Made by a program: the position numbers and the translations under genes. This document shows, in pieces, positions 1-8,665 of a DNA stretch of 64,000 nt (position 1 is the stretch's first letter; each line of letters starts with the position of its first letter). The notes under the pieces were generated by a model. It was not told the origin of the DNA. It saw nothing but the letters and a program-made list of their open reading frames with translations, and made no database searches. Origin of the DNA: a virus; IMG/VR virus record IMGVR_UViG_3300027967_000093, one strand, 5' to 3'.

Positions 1-11
1 GTTGATGATTT

Positions 12-59
12 TTCGAGTACTTTATCGCACTTGAAAAATCATCAACCTACGGAGCATAA
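12..59 (+). CDS. gp45: 3' end of sliding clamp gp45 (partial)
   Basis: Frame reads FEYFIALEKSSTYGA*, resembling the YxIALE C-terminus of gp45; lies upstream of gp44 as in T4 order. Confidence 0.65.
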   Translation, partial: FEYFIALEKSSTYGA

Positions 60-269
60 ATGATGAGTAAAGAAGAGAAACAAGCAGTAGACGAACGTGT
101 CGCAGTATTGACAGACTTGACTAACCGTGTATCGCGTTCAACAGTTGCAGTGATTGACACTGTGGTTCAACGTGGTGGTTTTAAAGGTGAAGAACTCACT
201 ACAATTGGTCAGTTACGTGACCAAGCGATTGAGGCTATCCAACTAGTTGAGCAGTTACAGAACCAGTAA
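60..269 (+). CDS. hypothetical protein (69 aa)
   Basis: ORF with GGAG SD; TAATG overlap with next ORF. Confidence 0.7.
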   Translation: MMSKEEKQAVDERVAVLTDLTNRVSRSTVAVIDTVVQRGGFKGEELTTIGQLRDQAIEAIQLVEQLQNQ

Positions 270-448
270 TGGTAAAGGTAACTTATAGGCACTGGAAAGA
301 ACCTGATGTGATTTTGGAGGTAGTTGGTACAATGCCTGACAAAATCAACGGGAATCTCAGTGACCGATTTATAGTTATCACCGAAGATGGTACCTACGAA
401 GATATCATCAAAACCACGGTTATAAGTATAGAGAATATCTCCGAGTAG
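269..448 (+). CDS. hypothetical protein (59 aa, MVKVTYRHWKEPD...ENISE)
   Basis: Read manually (below track cut-off); TAATG-coupled; last 10 nt overlap tRNA-Arg. Confidence 0.6.
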   Translation: MVKVTYRHWKEPDVILEVVGTMPDKINGNLSDRFIVITEDGTYEDIIKTTVISIENISE

Positions 449-515
449 TTCAACTGGATAGAGCATCAACCTTCTAAGTTGATAGTTGTAGGTTCGAGTC
501 CTACCTCGGAGGCCA
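439..515 (+). tRNA. tRNA-Arg(UCU)
   Basis: Acceptor CTCCGAG/CTCGGAG, anticodon arm TCAAC-CTTCTAA-GTTGA, GGTTCGAGTCC T arm, encoded CCA. Confidence 0.95.
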
Positions 516-521
516 AACGAT

Positions 522-595
522 GCGGGTGTAGTATAGTGGTATTACAGGAGGTTTCCAACCTTTTGATGGGAGTTCGATTCTCTCCACCCGCTCCA
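522..595 (+). tRNA. tRNA-Gly(UCC)
   Basis: Acceptor GCGGGTG/CACCCGC, anticodon loop TTTCCAA, TTCGATT T loop, encoded CCA. Confidence 0.95.
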
Positions 596-614
596 TATTA
601 TTATAGGAGAACAA

Positions 615-1145
615 ATGTTGTTTAAGACATATATCCCCGATGTTGTACACCATATGCGGGAACGTGATGAATCTATTGGAGGAGACAATCCTTACAAATG
701 GGTTCGTAAGATGACAAGTGAATTGCTTGGAGGAAAGAGGGTTGTCGTGTTTGGATTGCCTGGCGCATTTACTCCTACTTGCACTAATGAACAACTACCT
801 AACTTCGAACGACTCTATGATGAGTTTGTCGCAGAAGGTATCGAAGAAGTCTGGTGTACTTCTGTGAATGATGCATTCTCGATGAACAAGTGGGCCAAAG
901 ACCTTGGTATTATCAAGGTGAAGATGTTACCTGACGGTAACGGTCAGTTTGCAGATGGTCTGGGTTACTTAGTTGATAAGTCCAATCTAGGGTTCGGCAA
1001 ACGTTCTTGGCGTTACGCACTAGTCATCGATAACATGAGTATTGAACGTTGGTTCGATGAAGACGGTATGTCTGACAATTGTCCGGACGACCCATACGAA
1101 GTATCTAATCCTGAAAACGTACTCGCCAAATTGCGAGAAGGTTAA
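615..1145 (+). CDS. peroxiredoxin, Prx5-type (redoxin)
   Basis: VVFGLPGAFTPTCT active-site motif, SVNDAF, RSWRYA. Confidence 0.92.
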   Translation: MLFKTYIPDVVHHMRERDESIGGDNPYKWVRKMTSELLGGKRVVVFGLPGAFTPTCTNEQLPNFERLYDEFVAEGIEEVWCTSVNDAFSMNKWAKDLGIIKVKMLPDGNGQFADGLGYLVDKSNLGFGKRSWRYALVIDNMSIERWFDEDGMSDNCPDDPYEVSNPENVLAKLREG

Positions 1146-1154
1146 AATGGGATA

Positions 1155-1177
1155 CCCTCCGAAAGGAGGGTTTTTTT
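1155..1177 (+). terminator. rho-independent terminator
   Basis: CCCTCC-GAAA-GGAGGG followed by T7. Confidence 0.85.
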
Positions 1178-1180
1178 ATC

Positions 1181-1411
1181 ATGAAAAAATATTATAACAA
1201 ATATGTAATGAAAGAGACTCTAGTCATTGTGGGGTCTGGAACAGTAATCAATTATCCTATAGGCATCCTCTTTGCTTGGTTGATTATTGACATCTGGGGT
1301 ATCACTGACCCTGTTGCATTTGCGACCATCTCAACTATCGGGTTCTTTATAGTTGCAATGATACGAGTGTACACAGTAAGATATATCTCAGAAACTAAAA
1401 GAAAAGATTGA
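1181..1411 (+). CDS. small membrane protein (2 TM)
   Basis: Two hydrophobic segments. Confidence 0.65.
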   Translation: MKKYYNKYVMKETLVIVGSGTVINYPIGILFAWLIIDIWGITDPVAFATISTIGFFIVAMIRVYTVRYISETKRKD

Positions 1412-1436
1412 CATATCGTTCCACTTGCGATATAAT
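1408..1436 (+). promoter_or_regulatory. sigma70-type promoter for gp44
   Basis: TTGACA-17 bp-TATAAT perfect consensus. Confidence 0.85.
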
Positions 1437-1450
1437 GACTACTTAATTAA

Positions 1451-2404
1451 ATGATGGAGTACCAAATGCGTGATGAGTTTTTGTGGTGCGAGAAATATCG
1501 CCCACGTAATGTGAATGACACAATCCTACCTAAACCACTTAAAGAAACCTTCCAGAAGATTGTTGAAGGTGGTGAACTACCTAACATGTTGTTTTCTGGT
1601 ACTGCGGGTACTGGTAAGACGACTATCGCACGTGCAATGTGTGAGGAACTTGGTCTTGACTATATCGTCATCAATGGTTCTGAAGAGGGTAACATCGATA
1701 CCCTTCGTGGTAAAATCAAACAGTTTGCATCCTCGGTATCACTCTCGGGTGGTTACAAGGTTGTTATCCTAGATGAGGCTGACTATCTCAATCCTCAATC
1801 TACCCAACCTGCATTGCGTGGATTCATTGAAGAGTTCTCTAAGAACTGTCGGTTCATCCTGACCTGTAACTTCAAGAACCGTATCATCGAACCATTACAT
1901 TCTCGTTGTTCTAATTACGAGTTTAACTTCTCTAAGAAAATATTGTCTGGATTATGTGGTCAATTCATGGGTCGGGTACAAGATATCCTCGGTCAAGAGA
2001 ATGTCCAGTATAACCCCGATACCCTTGCACAGTTGATTATGCGTCATGCACCTGACTGGAGACGTGTACTCAACGAACTACAACGTCACTCTATCTCAGG
2101 TCAATTGGAAACCTCGGTTATCCTGAATGACGCGAATGACAACTATGGTATATTGTTCAAGGCACTCAAGGGTAAAGACTTTAAGAAGATGCGTGGATGG
2201 GTTGTCAATAACATGGATGTAGAACCTGCGTCTATCTTCCGTGGTATATACGATGCGATGTATGAAAATGTGCAACCGCAATCTATTCCTCAGTTGGTAT
2301 TAATCCTTGCGGATTACCAATATAAAAATGCGTTTGTGGCTGACCACGAACTAAATCTGGTCGCATGTATGACCGAAATTATGGCGAATGTGGAGATTAT
2401 ATAA
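1451..2404 (+). CDS. gp44: clamp loader ATPase subunit gp44 (probable start 1466)
   Basis: LWCEKYRP, Walker A GTAGTGKT, Walker B ILDEAD, HSRC. Confidence 0.95.
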   Translation: MMEYQMRDEFLWCEKYRPRNVNDTILPKPLKETFQKIVEGGELPNMLFSGTAGTGKTTIARAMCEELGLDYIVINGSEEGNIDTLRGKIKQFASSVSLSGGYKVVILDEADYLNPQSTQPALRGFIEEFSKNCRFILTCNFKNRIIEPLHSRCSNYEFNFSKKILSGLCGQFMGRVQDILGQENVQYNPDTLAQLIMRHAPDWRRVLNELQRHSISGQLETSVILNDANDNYGILFKALKGKDFKKMRGWVVNNMDVEPASIFRGIYDAMYENVQPQSIPQLVLILADYQYKNAFVADHELNLVACMTEIMANVEII

Positions 2405-2405
2405 A

Positions 2406-2804
2406 ATGGCGTTTTATCAAAATAATGTAGAAGAGTTTATGTATATTGGTGGTCAAGAGTTTCCTTGCAGTCAAGGTACACATCTCTACAAAGACCCTAA
2501 AGAGAATGATGACCAAGTTCAGTTGTATATGGATTTGATTACCGAAGAGTATAACGAGACCCTTGAAGCATATAGGAACGGTGACATCGTAGAACTCGCA
2601 GATGGTCTTGCGGATATGGTATGGGTTATCATGGGTATGGCTTCCAGTCTAGATATTGACTTTGAAGCGGTATGGGAAGAAGTTTCTCGGTCTAACATGT
2701 CTAAGTTTGTTGATGGTGTTGCGATTAAAAATCCCGAGACAGGTAAGATTATGAAACCAGATACTTTCTCTGAACCAGATCTTGCGAGTGTGTTGGGTGT
2801 CTAA
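2406..2804 (+). CDS. all-alpha NTP pyrophosphohydrolase (MazG-like/PRA-PH)
   Basis: LITEEYNE...ELADGLAD...EVSRSNMSK...GKIMKP. Confidence 0.85.
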   Translation: MAFYQNNVEEFMYIGGQEFPCSQGTHLYKDPKENDDQVQLYMDLITEEYNETLEAYRNGDIVELADGLADMVWVIMGMASSLDIDFEAVWEEVSRSNMSKFVDGVAIKNPETGKIMKPDTFSEPDLASVLGV

Positions 2805-3198
2805 ATGGGACGAAGCGCATATGGATACTGCACGTAGGTATGCGCAACTGTCCTCTGCAAAACGTGCACAGGTGGGTGCGGTCATCGTAAAAGATGGTCG
2901 TATCCTATCTATTGGATATAACGGTATGCCATCGGGTTGGGACAACTGTTGTGAACACGAAGATAAAACAAAACCAGAAGTCATTCACGCAGAGTCTAAC
3001 GCAATCACTAAGGTTGCACGTAGTTCAGAATCTACCGAAGGTTCTACACTATATACAACGATGCTGCCCTGTTTAGATTGTGCAAAATTGATCTATCAAT
3101 CAGGCATCCGTAAGGTATACTATTCAGACCAATACCCCAAGGGTACAGCAGGATTAGATTTTTTAAATAAATGTGAAATCCCTGTGAGTAAAATATGA
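2797..3198 (+). CDS. cd: dCMP deaminase
   Basis: GYNG, HAESNA and PCLDC zinc motifs. Confidence 0.9.
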   Translation: MSKWDEAHMDTARRYAQLSSAKRAQVGAVIVKDGRILSIGYNGMPSGWDNCCEHEDKTKPEVIHAESNAITKVARSSESTEGSTLYTTMLPCLDCAKLIYQSGIRKVYYSDQYPKGTAGLDFLNKCEIPVSKI

Positions 3199-3833
3199 AC
3201 ACAGAAATGACTCCTACGGACAATATCCTGTATTGGCCTAATAATATTGATATCAGAATGTGTCCCAAGAATGGTATGTCTACCCTCAAAGAGGCACTGC
3301 GTAGAACACTAGACCAAGAACACTCTCAGGGAATGGAGTATCGAAATAAGTTGGTTAAACGAGAAGGTGACCAATTTGATATTCCTTTTCGTACTGGGTC
3401 AGTTCGCATTGCAATAAGACGAGACCCTATTGATAGGTTCAAATCTGCATGTGAATTTATCCAACAGAAACGTGCATATTTTATACAGAACGGTAAAACC
3501 CTACCTTCAATATCGATGCAGATAGGAGAAGTGATAGATAGTCTTGAAAATAAAACACTTCGGAATAATCACTTCTATACTCAGAGTTATTATATGGGTG
3601 TACCCGAAGATTATGATATGGTATTTCATATCTCGGAAATGGATAAACTACTTGACTTTCTCCAAGAAACGTGTAAAATAGAACGTGACATTACTCAATT
3701 ACATGAGAACAAAACGTCACTGAAACTATATAATGATGCAATATCTCCTGAACATATGGAGAAGTTGTATAACTTTTATAATAAGGATTTTCGTAATGGC
3801 TGGTGCAAACAAGAAGACCGTCTCACCGTTTGA
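3195..3833 (+). CDS. sulfotransferase family protein
   Basis: PKNGMSTLK (5'-PSB-like), RDPIDRFKSA (3'-PB-like), HFYTQ. Confidence 0.75.
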   Translation: MNTEMTPTDNILYWPNNIDIRMCPKNGMSTLKEALRRTLDQEHSQGMEYRNKLVKREGDQFDIPFRTGSVRIAIRRDPIDRFKSACEFIQQKRAYFIQNGKTLPSISMQIGEVIDSLENKTLRNNHFYTQSYYMGVPEDYDMVFHISEMDKLLDFLQETCKIERDITQLHENKTSLKLYNDAISPEHMEKLYNFYNKDFRNGWCKQEDRLTV

Positions 3834-4197
3834 CTTCCTGAACACCATCAACTCGACCAAGGTTGACTTGATGAATGAACCGGATAATGAAAAGAAATAC
3901 GCATCATTTGTAATCAATCGCAGTCTGTCGTACTTCCCCGACACGGTTGCGATTGCAAATGAAATGAATCGATACCACCATATTGATAATAAGTTACAAT
4001 ATCAATTTTTACTAAATATAGTCAGGAAACGTAAACGTTTCTCGAAATGGGTTAAACCCGAAATAGAAAATGATATTGAAATGGTGAAAGAGTATTATGG
4101 ATATAGTAATGACAAAGCCCGTCAAGTCCTACCATTACTCTCTTCCTGTCAACTAAAATATATTAAGAATAAGGTGGATAAAGGTGGAAGAAAATAA
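3796..4197 (+). CDS. gp62: clamp loader small subunit gp62
   Basis: PFDFLNTIN, FVINRSLSYFPD, RKRKRFSKW, VKEYYGYS; directly before regA. Confidence 0.9.
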   Translation: MAGANKKTVSPFDFLNTINSTKVDLMNEPDNEKKYASFVINRSLSYFPDTVAIANEMNRYHHIDNKLQYQFLLNIVRKRKRFSKWVKPEIENDIEMVKEYYGYSNDKARQVLPLLSSCQLKYIKNKVDKGGRK

Positions 4198-4594
4198 TTT
4201 AGTAGAATGGAACTCTGGTCTGATGTTGGAGGTGACTTTAGCGGAACCGGATGACTTCCTTAAAGTAAAGGAAACTCTTACTCGCATAGGTATTGCATCA
4301 AGACGTGATAACAAGTTATATCAGTCTTGTCATATCCTACACAAGCAGGGTCGATACTTCATCGTACACTTCAAAGAACTCTTCATGTTGGACGGTAAGA
4401 AGTCTAACCTAGAACTTGGTGATGTACAACGTAGAAACACTATCGCGACTCTACTGCAAGACTGGGGTCTCTTAGAGATTCAAAGCAAAGAGGTGTCCAA
4501 AGATTGTGCACCCATGCGAATGATTAAGATTATCGGATTTAAAGATAAAGACCAATGGGAGCTTTGTCCGAAGTATAATATTGGAAATAAATGA
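4184..4594 (+). CDS. regA: translational repressor RegA
   Basis: PDDFLKVKETLTRIGIAS, LYQSCHILHKQGRYFIVHFKELF. Confidence 0.96.
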   Translation: MEENNLVEWNSGLMLEVTLAEPDDFLKVKETLTRIGIASRRDNKLYQSCHILHKQGRYFIVHFKELFMLDGKKSNLELGDVQRRNTIATLLQDWGLLEIQSKEVSKDCAPMRMIKIIGFKDKDQWELCPKYNIGNK

Positions 4595-5129
4595 TATGAA
4601 CATGGTAGACATCTTTGAGGATAACGTAGATAATATTGCAGAGAAGACTCCTTATTACGGTAAACTTCCGCAAGAACTGATTGAGAAGTATAACTGGGAT
4701 ATCCACATGGATATGTTAGATACTCATCCCGAGGAACTTCTTGACACCAATACAAGTAAAATGCGTATAGGTCTCAACTCGTTTCACACAAGACCTTCTG
4801 CACCTCAGTTCGCAAAGGATATAGAGAGCGCAATGCAGGAAGTCTTTGCACTTCATGGTAATAAGATCACTAACATTGCGTTCACTGGTTTCGGGCCTAA
4901 CTCTGACAGTTATCCACGACACAAAGATTCTATGGATGTCTTCCTTGTTCAAGTACTGGGTGAAATAAAGATTTGTGTGGATGGGTTGCATGATGAACCT
5001 GTCCCATTCAAGCCGGGGGATTACTATTGGATTCCTCGAGGGAACCACCATCAAGTGTTCCCAACCACAAGCAGAGCAACGTTTTCTTTCGGTGTCGAAG
5101 GAAATCCTGACCCTGCAATATACTTTTAA
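4581..5129 (+). CDS. JmjC/cupin-like oxygenase
   Basis: HKDSMDVFLVQVLG...PGDYYWIPRGNHH, HxD...H metal triad. Confidence 0.7.
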   Translation: MEINDMNMVDIFEDNVDNIAEKTPYYGKLPQELIEKYNWDIHMDMLDTHPEELLDTNTSKMRIGLNSFHTRPSAPQFAKDIESAMQEVFALHGNKITNIAFTGFGPNSDSYPRHKDSMDVFLVQVLGEIKICVDGLHDEPVPFKPGDYYWIPRGNHHQVFPTTSRATFSFGVEGNPDPAIYF

Positions 5130-5140
5130 ATATAAAGGTG

Positions 5141-5148
5141 TATAAATA
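5141..5148 (+). promoter_or_regulatory. T4-type late promoter
   Basis: TATAAATA in intergenic space before hsp20. Confidence 0.75.
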
Positions 5149-5153
5149 GACTC

Positions 5154-5211
5154 GGGTATGCGGATTGTCCGGTACTCATTTAATCTTGCTTAATAATAGG
5201 AGAGCACTATG
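5154..5211 (+). ncRNA. ROSE-like RNA thermometer in hsp20 leader
   Basis: Upstream hairpin 5154-5177; TCTTGCT (5184-5190) pairs with SD AGGAGA (5198-5203) with a bulged G. Confidence 0.65.
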
Positions 5212-5616
5212 ACTAATACTAAAACTTTATTCCCTCGCCAGACCTTTGTGGGTTTTGAACATCTACTCAATGAGTTAGATTTTATCGGTCGTCATGCGAA
5301 CGATAATTACCCACCTCACAACATTGTGAAATTAGAAGAACATAACTATCTCATTGAGGTTGCGTGTTCGGGGTTCAGTCGCGAGGAAATAGAAATTGTA
5401 CAAGATGAACGTACATTGACACTAACTGGTAAACACGATAAACGTGGTCGTGAGTATATCCATCAAGGTATCTCACAGAAACAGTTCAAACGTCAATTCC
5501 GTTTATCTGAGTATGTAGAAGTGGTTGGAGCTAATCACAAAGACGGAATCCTGTCAATTGAATTGAAGGTAGTCCTACCAGAAGAGAAGCGTCCTCGCAA
5601 AATCGATATAAATTAA
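5209..5616 (+). CDS. hsp20: small heat-shock protein Hsp20 (IbpA-like)
   Basis: NYPPHNIVK, EVACSGF, YIHQGIS, DGILSI, PEEKRPRKIDI. Confidence 0.93.
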   Translation: MTNTKTLFPRQTFVGFEHLLNELDFIGRHANDNYPPHNIVKLEEHNYLIEVACSGFSREEIEIVQDERTLTLTGKHDKRGREYIHQGISQKQFKRQFRLSEYVEVVGANHKDGILSIELKVVLPEEKRPRKIDIN

Positions 5617-5636
5617 ATCAATTTTCGAGGAATAAA

Positions 5637-5729
5637 ATGAAAACTAGTAAAATCGAAAGATTTGGTAATAGTTTTGCCGCAGTAGTTATTTTTACTACTA
5701 TGTGGTTTGCACTACTACCATTGGTATAA
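5637..5729 (+). CDS. 30-aa membrane micro-protein
   Basis: GAGG SD; MKTSKIERFGNSFAAVVIFTTMWFALLPLV. Confidence 0.55.
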   Translation: MKTSKIERFGNSFAAVVIFTTMWFALLPLV

Positions 5730-5735
5730 AAACAC

Positions 5736-5755
5736 GGGGGGGTGAAAGTCCCCCC
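5736..5755 (+). terminator. GC hairpin, probable terminator
   Basis: G7-TGAAAGT-C6; weak U tract. Confidence 0.5.
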
Positions 5756-5773
5756 ATCTATTAAGGATATAGT

Positions 5774-6589
5774 ATGAATTTGATATATCAATATTGGGAT
5801 GGTGAAGTAAGAGAATCATGTCGTGCCGGTGTATATGCAATGCAAGAATACGCAGAACGTATTGGTGCAGAGTACATATTCGAAGAGAACCCTCAGTTTC
5901 TAAAGAATCACTTCGGTTATAACTTTGGTGGTTACACTCCGCACTATGGTGCATTCAAACCTATCTTTGATGAATCATTTGACAAGTATGACAATGTTCT
6001 ATTTGTAGATACAGATGTATTTCCTGTAGAAGGTCTGACGCATAATATCTTTGACGAGTTTACTGGTGAGATTGGTATCTGTACAGAACCAGAACAACCA
6101 CGTATTCGTACAATCACTAAGGGTCGCATTACATCTAAACAAGATGAGAAGTGGGCACAGATGGTACGAGACACTTGGAGTACCGAAGTACCCCGTACCG
6201 ATGATGGACTTGTTGAAGTCTTCAATACTGGTATGGTGTTATATTCAAAACAAGGACGTATCAAAGCACGAAAGGAATGGGTTGACCCTGCACTATATTT
6301 TCAGTTGTGTAAGTCAAAAGGTCTAGACTCATTCTACACCTGTGACCAACCATATCTACACGCCATGATGTTTATATGCGACTTTGATGTACAATATATG
6401 GACAACGGATGGAACTCATACATTCACTTCGCACGTACAGTAGACAAAGAAGAACGTTACTTATGTGATTGGAGAAACAAGGCTACTAAATTTGTACACG
6501 TACAGTTTGCAGGTGCAGATAACTTAGACGCAGAGACTCATCACCGTATTGTGAACCTTCCCCAAGAAAAATGGAATCTCCCTAGTTGA
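5774..6589 (+). CDS. GT-A fold glycosyltransferase (paralog family A)
   Basis: YDNVLFVDTD (DxD), FNTGMVL, DQPYL. Confidence 0.75.
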   Translation: MNLIYQYWDGEVRESCRAGVYAMQEYAERIGAEYIFEENPQFLKNHFGYNFGGYTPHYGAFKPIFDESFDKYDNVLFVDTDVFPVEGLTHNIFDEFTGEIGICTEPEQPRIRTITKGRITSKQDEKWAQMVRDTWSTEVPRTDDGLVEVFNTGMVLYSKQGRIKARKEWVDPALYFQLCKSKGLDSFYTCDQPYLHAMMFICDFDVQYMDNGWNSYIHFARTVDKEERYLCDWRNKATKFVHVQFAGADNLDAETHHRIVNLPQEKWNLPS

Positions 6590-7389
6590 AGGCGTATCAG
6601 ATAGTAATCAAGGGTAATGAAGTATCCGAGGAGTACGCACGTATCTCTCGGAAATCATTTGAACCTTTAATTGTAGCAGGTGTCATCGAAGAGATAATTA
6701 CCTTTGATGCCATCACACCAGATTGTCCCCATTTTGACGAACATGTGTCAAGATATAACTGGGAATCTTCCTTGATGGTAGGAGACCTTCGTGGGTCTAA
6801 TCCTGATGACCATTCACCGACCGAGAAAGCAGGTATGTGTTCTCACTGGGAACTTATGCGAATGCAGTCCGAGTCGGACGAGAGATTCTTGGTTTTAGAA
6901 CATGACACTTTCTTCTTGGCGGAACACTTTGATGTGTTCTGTGACTTGATTAAACGTATCGAGGAAGAGGGTACCTTATATGCAAACCTCGGACTATTCA
7001 TGGGATGTTATTCTTTACATCCCCATACTGCGGGATGGCAGTACGAAGTGTTGACCGAGAAAGACTTCCCAATCAACTGTGGCCCATACTGCACACTACA
7101 ACGATTGTTCTCTACATATACAACTGCATACCTCAAGAAGGTAGACTATCGAGGAGTTGAAGATACTGTTATCCATCCATGGCATGACTGTGACACTCTC
7201 TTCTTTGGTAGAAAGGTGGGTATCGCGTTCAATAAACGAGACCCTTCTCGTGCGGATAATATGTGGAAGACTCCGACTACCCAAGTGGTTTCTAAGTCAC
7301 TCGCAGTGACCCAAGACCATCATGGTTACCAACAAAACTTCATCGACCACCCATGGACACGTCACAAATATTTTCATATAATAGATTGA
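6586..7389 (+). CDS. GT25-like glycosyltransferase
   Basis: AYQI N-terminus, FDAITP, GMCSHWELM, FLVLEHD. Confidence 0.65.
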   Translation: MKAYQIVIKGNEVSEEYARISRKSFEPLIVAGVIEEIITFDAITPDCPHFDEHVSRYNWESSLMVGDLRGSNPDDHSPTEKAGMCSHWELMRMQSESDERFLVLEHDTFFLAEHFDVFCDLIKRIEEEGTLYANLGLFMGCYSLHPHTAGWQYEVLTEKDFPINCGPYCTLQRLFSTYTTAYLKKVDYRGVEDTVIHPWHDCDTLFFGRKVGIAFNKRDPSRADNMWKTPTTQVVSKSLAVTQDHHGYQQNFIDHPWTRHKYFHIID

Positions 7390-7414
7390 CAAACGACTCG
7401 TAATAATATATAAT
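7386..7414 (+). promoter_or_regulatory. sigma70-type promoter
   Basis: TTGACA-17-TATAAT. Confidence 0.8.
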
Positions 7415-7437
7415 GGTTACATTGAGATGAGGAATTT

Positions 7438-8574
7438 ATGATACTAACTAAAGAAGATGCGTTCTACGCAGCAAATGTTTTCACGGAGTTCTTTTCGAAC
7501 TTCGACCGTATTGACGACTATATGCGACAAATCAAGATGGAACGTATGAAGACGTTCCCCACGGGTCTACTTGGTATGGGCCCCGAAGATGACCTGTTCG
7601 ATGATTTCGACATGCACCCCAATGATATGGAGTTTGTTATTGGCGAATGTCCACAGAACCAGTTCATGCAGTACATGGAGATTGTTACTTCTGCGCCCGT
7701 AGAATCTAGTATTCCGGGCAAACAGATGTTGAAGATTGTCAAAGAGAAGAACTCAGGTAAGATCTTCGGTATGATTCGATTCGGTTCTCCGACAATCAAC
7801 TCACGTCCTCGAAACGAATGGTTGGGTAATCCTCTGGACTCGTACAATCCCGCAGTGATGAAACGATTCAATAACTCTGTTATAATGGGGTTTAACATAA
7901 TCCCCGTGCAGCCCGCAGCGTTCAATACTTTAGGTGGTAAACTACTCGCAGGTATCTGTTGTTCCCACCAAATGAGAAAAGAAATTAATAAACGATATGG
8001 TTCTAACATTGCGATGTTCGAGACCACATCCCTATATGGGTCGTCTACCGCTGCAAGTATGTATGACGGTATGCGCCCATTCCTACGTTTTAACGGTTTG
8101 ACAGACTCAAACTTCGCCCCACTAATCAACGATGATAACTTCCGTAGATTGAACGACTGGTTCAAAGAACGGAACGGTGGTGATTACTTGGTACCTGCTG
8201 ACGCATCTTCTCGTAAGTTGAAGACGCAGACCAAGATGGTATCCATTATCAAATCCTCTCTCAAACAATATGATGTGGATGCCTATGCGAAGTTCTGTCA
8301 AACCTTTAAAGATGCGAAGGGTTTGACCGAGAAGAAACGATCCTTCTTCTCTACCTATGGTTATGAGGCACAGTCAGTCAAGGACTATCTAAACCTCAAG
8401 ACCGATGAACTCAAACCCGCAGAGAACTTTGACCGATTCGAGATGGAGAACATCGTATCTTGGTGGCGCAAGAAGGCATCCAAGAGATTCGAACAGGTCA
8501 AGGCAGATGGTCGTCTACGTACCAAACTAGAAACGTGGAATACAAATGCGGATGAAATTGATATCATTCGTTAA
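7438..8574 (+). CDS. DUF4338/DruA-like protein
   Basis: SIPGK...GMIRFGSP, PVQP..FNTLGGKLLA, FETTSLYG...SMYDG; resemblance recognised from memory. Confidence 0.55.
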   Translation: MILTKEDAFYAANVFTEFFSNFDRIDDYMRQIKMERMKTFPTGLLGMGPEDDLFDDFDMHPNDMEFVIGECPQNQFMQYMEIVTSAPVESSIPGKQMLKIVKEKNSGKIFGMIRFGSPTINSRPRNEWLGNPLDSYNPAVMKRFNNSVIMGFNIIPVQPAAFNTLGGKLLAGICCSHQMRKEINKRYGSNIAMFETTSLYGSSTAASMYDGMRPFLRFNGLTDSNFAPLINDDNFRRLNDWFKERNGGDYLVPADASSRKLKTQTKMVSIIKSSLKQYDVDAYAKFCQTFKDAKGLTEKKRSFFSTYGYEAQSVKDYLNLKTDELKPAENFDRFEMENIVSWWRKKASKRFEQVKADGRLRTKLETWNTNADEIDIIR

Positions 8575-8581
8575 AAAAGTG

Positions 8582-8610
8582 TTGCCAAACTGTAGATAGT
8601 TTGGTACTAT
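8582..8610 (+). promoter_or_regulatory. sigma70-type promoter containing an inverted repeat
   Basis: TTGCCA-17-TACTAT; CCAAACT...AGTTTGG spans the spacer. Confidence 0.55.
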
Positions 8611-8665
8611 ATAATAGTGAGATGCATGTTGTATCTCTAAAACAAAATGATACTAGGAGTATTAT

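Noticed and set aside
1-46. Perfect 14-bp inverted repeat (1-14 vs 33-46) that puts two TGA stops in frame with the gp45 tail
   Set aside because: It sits exactly at the sequence start and disrupts an essential gene, so it is most likely a fold-back or chimeric contig-end artefact rather than a real hairpin or pseudogene.
7518-8165. 215-aa minus-strand ORF and similar antisense ORFs throughout the track
   Set aside because: They are fully nested opposite conserved plus-strand genes, and the window is uniformly plus-strand coded.
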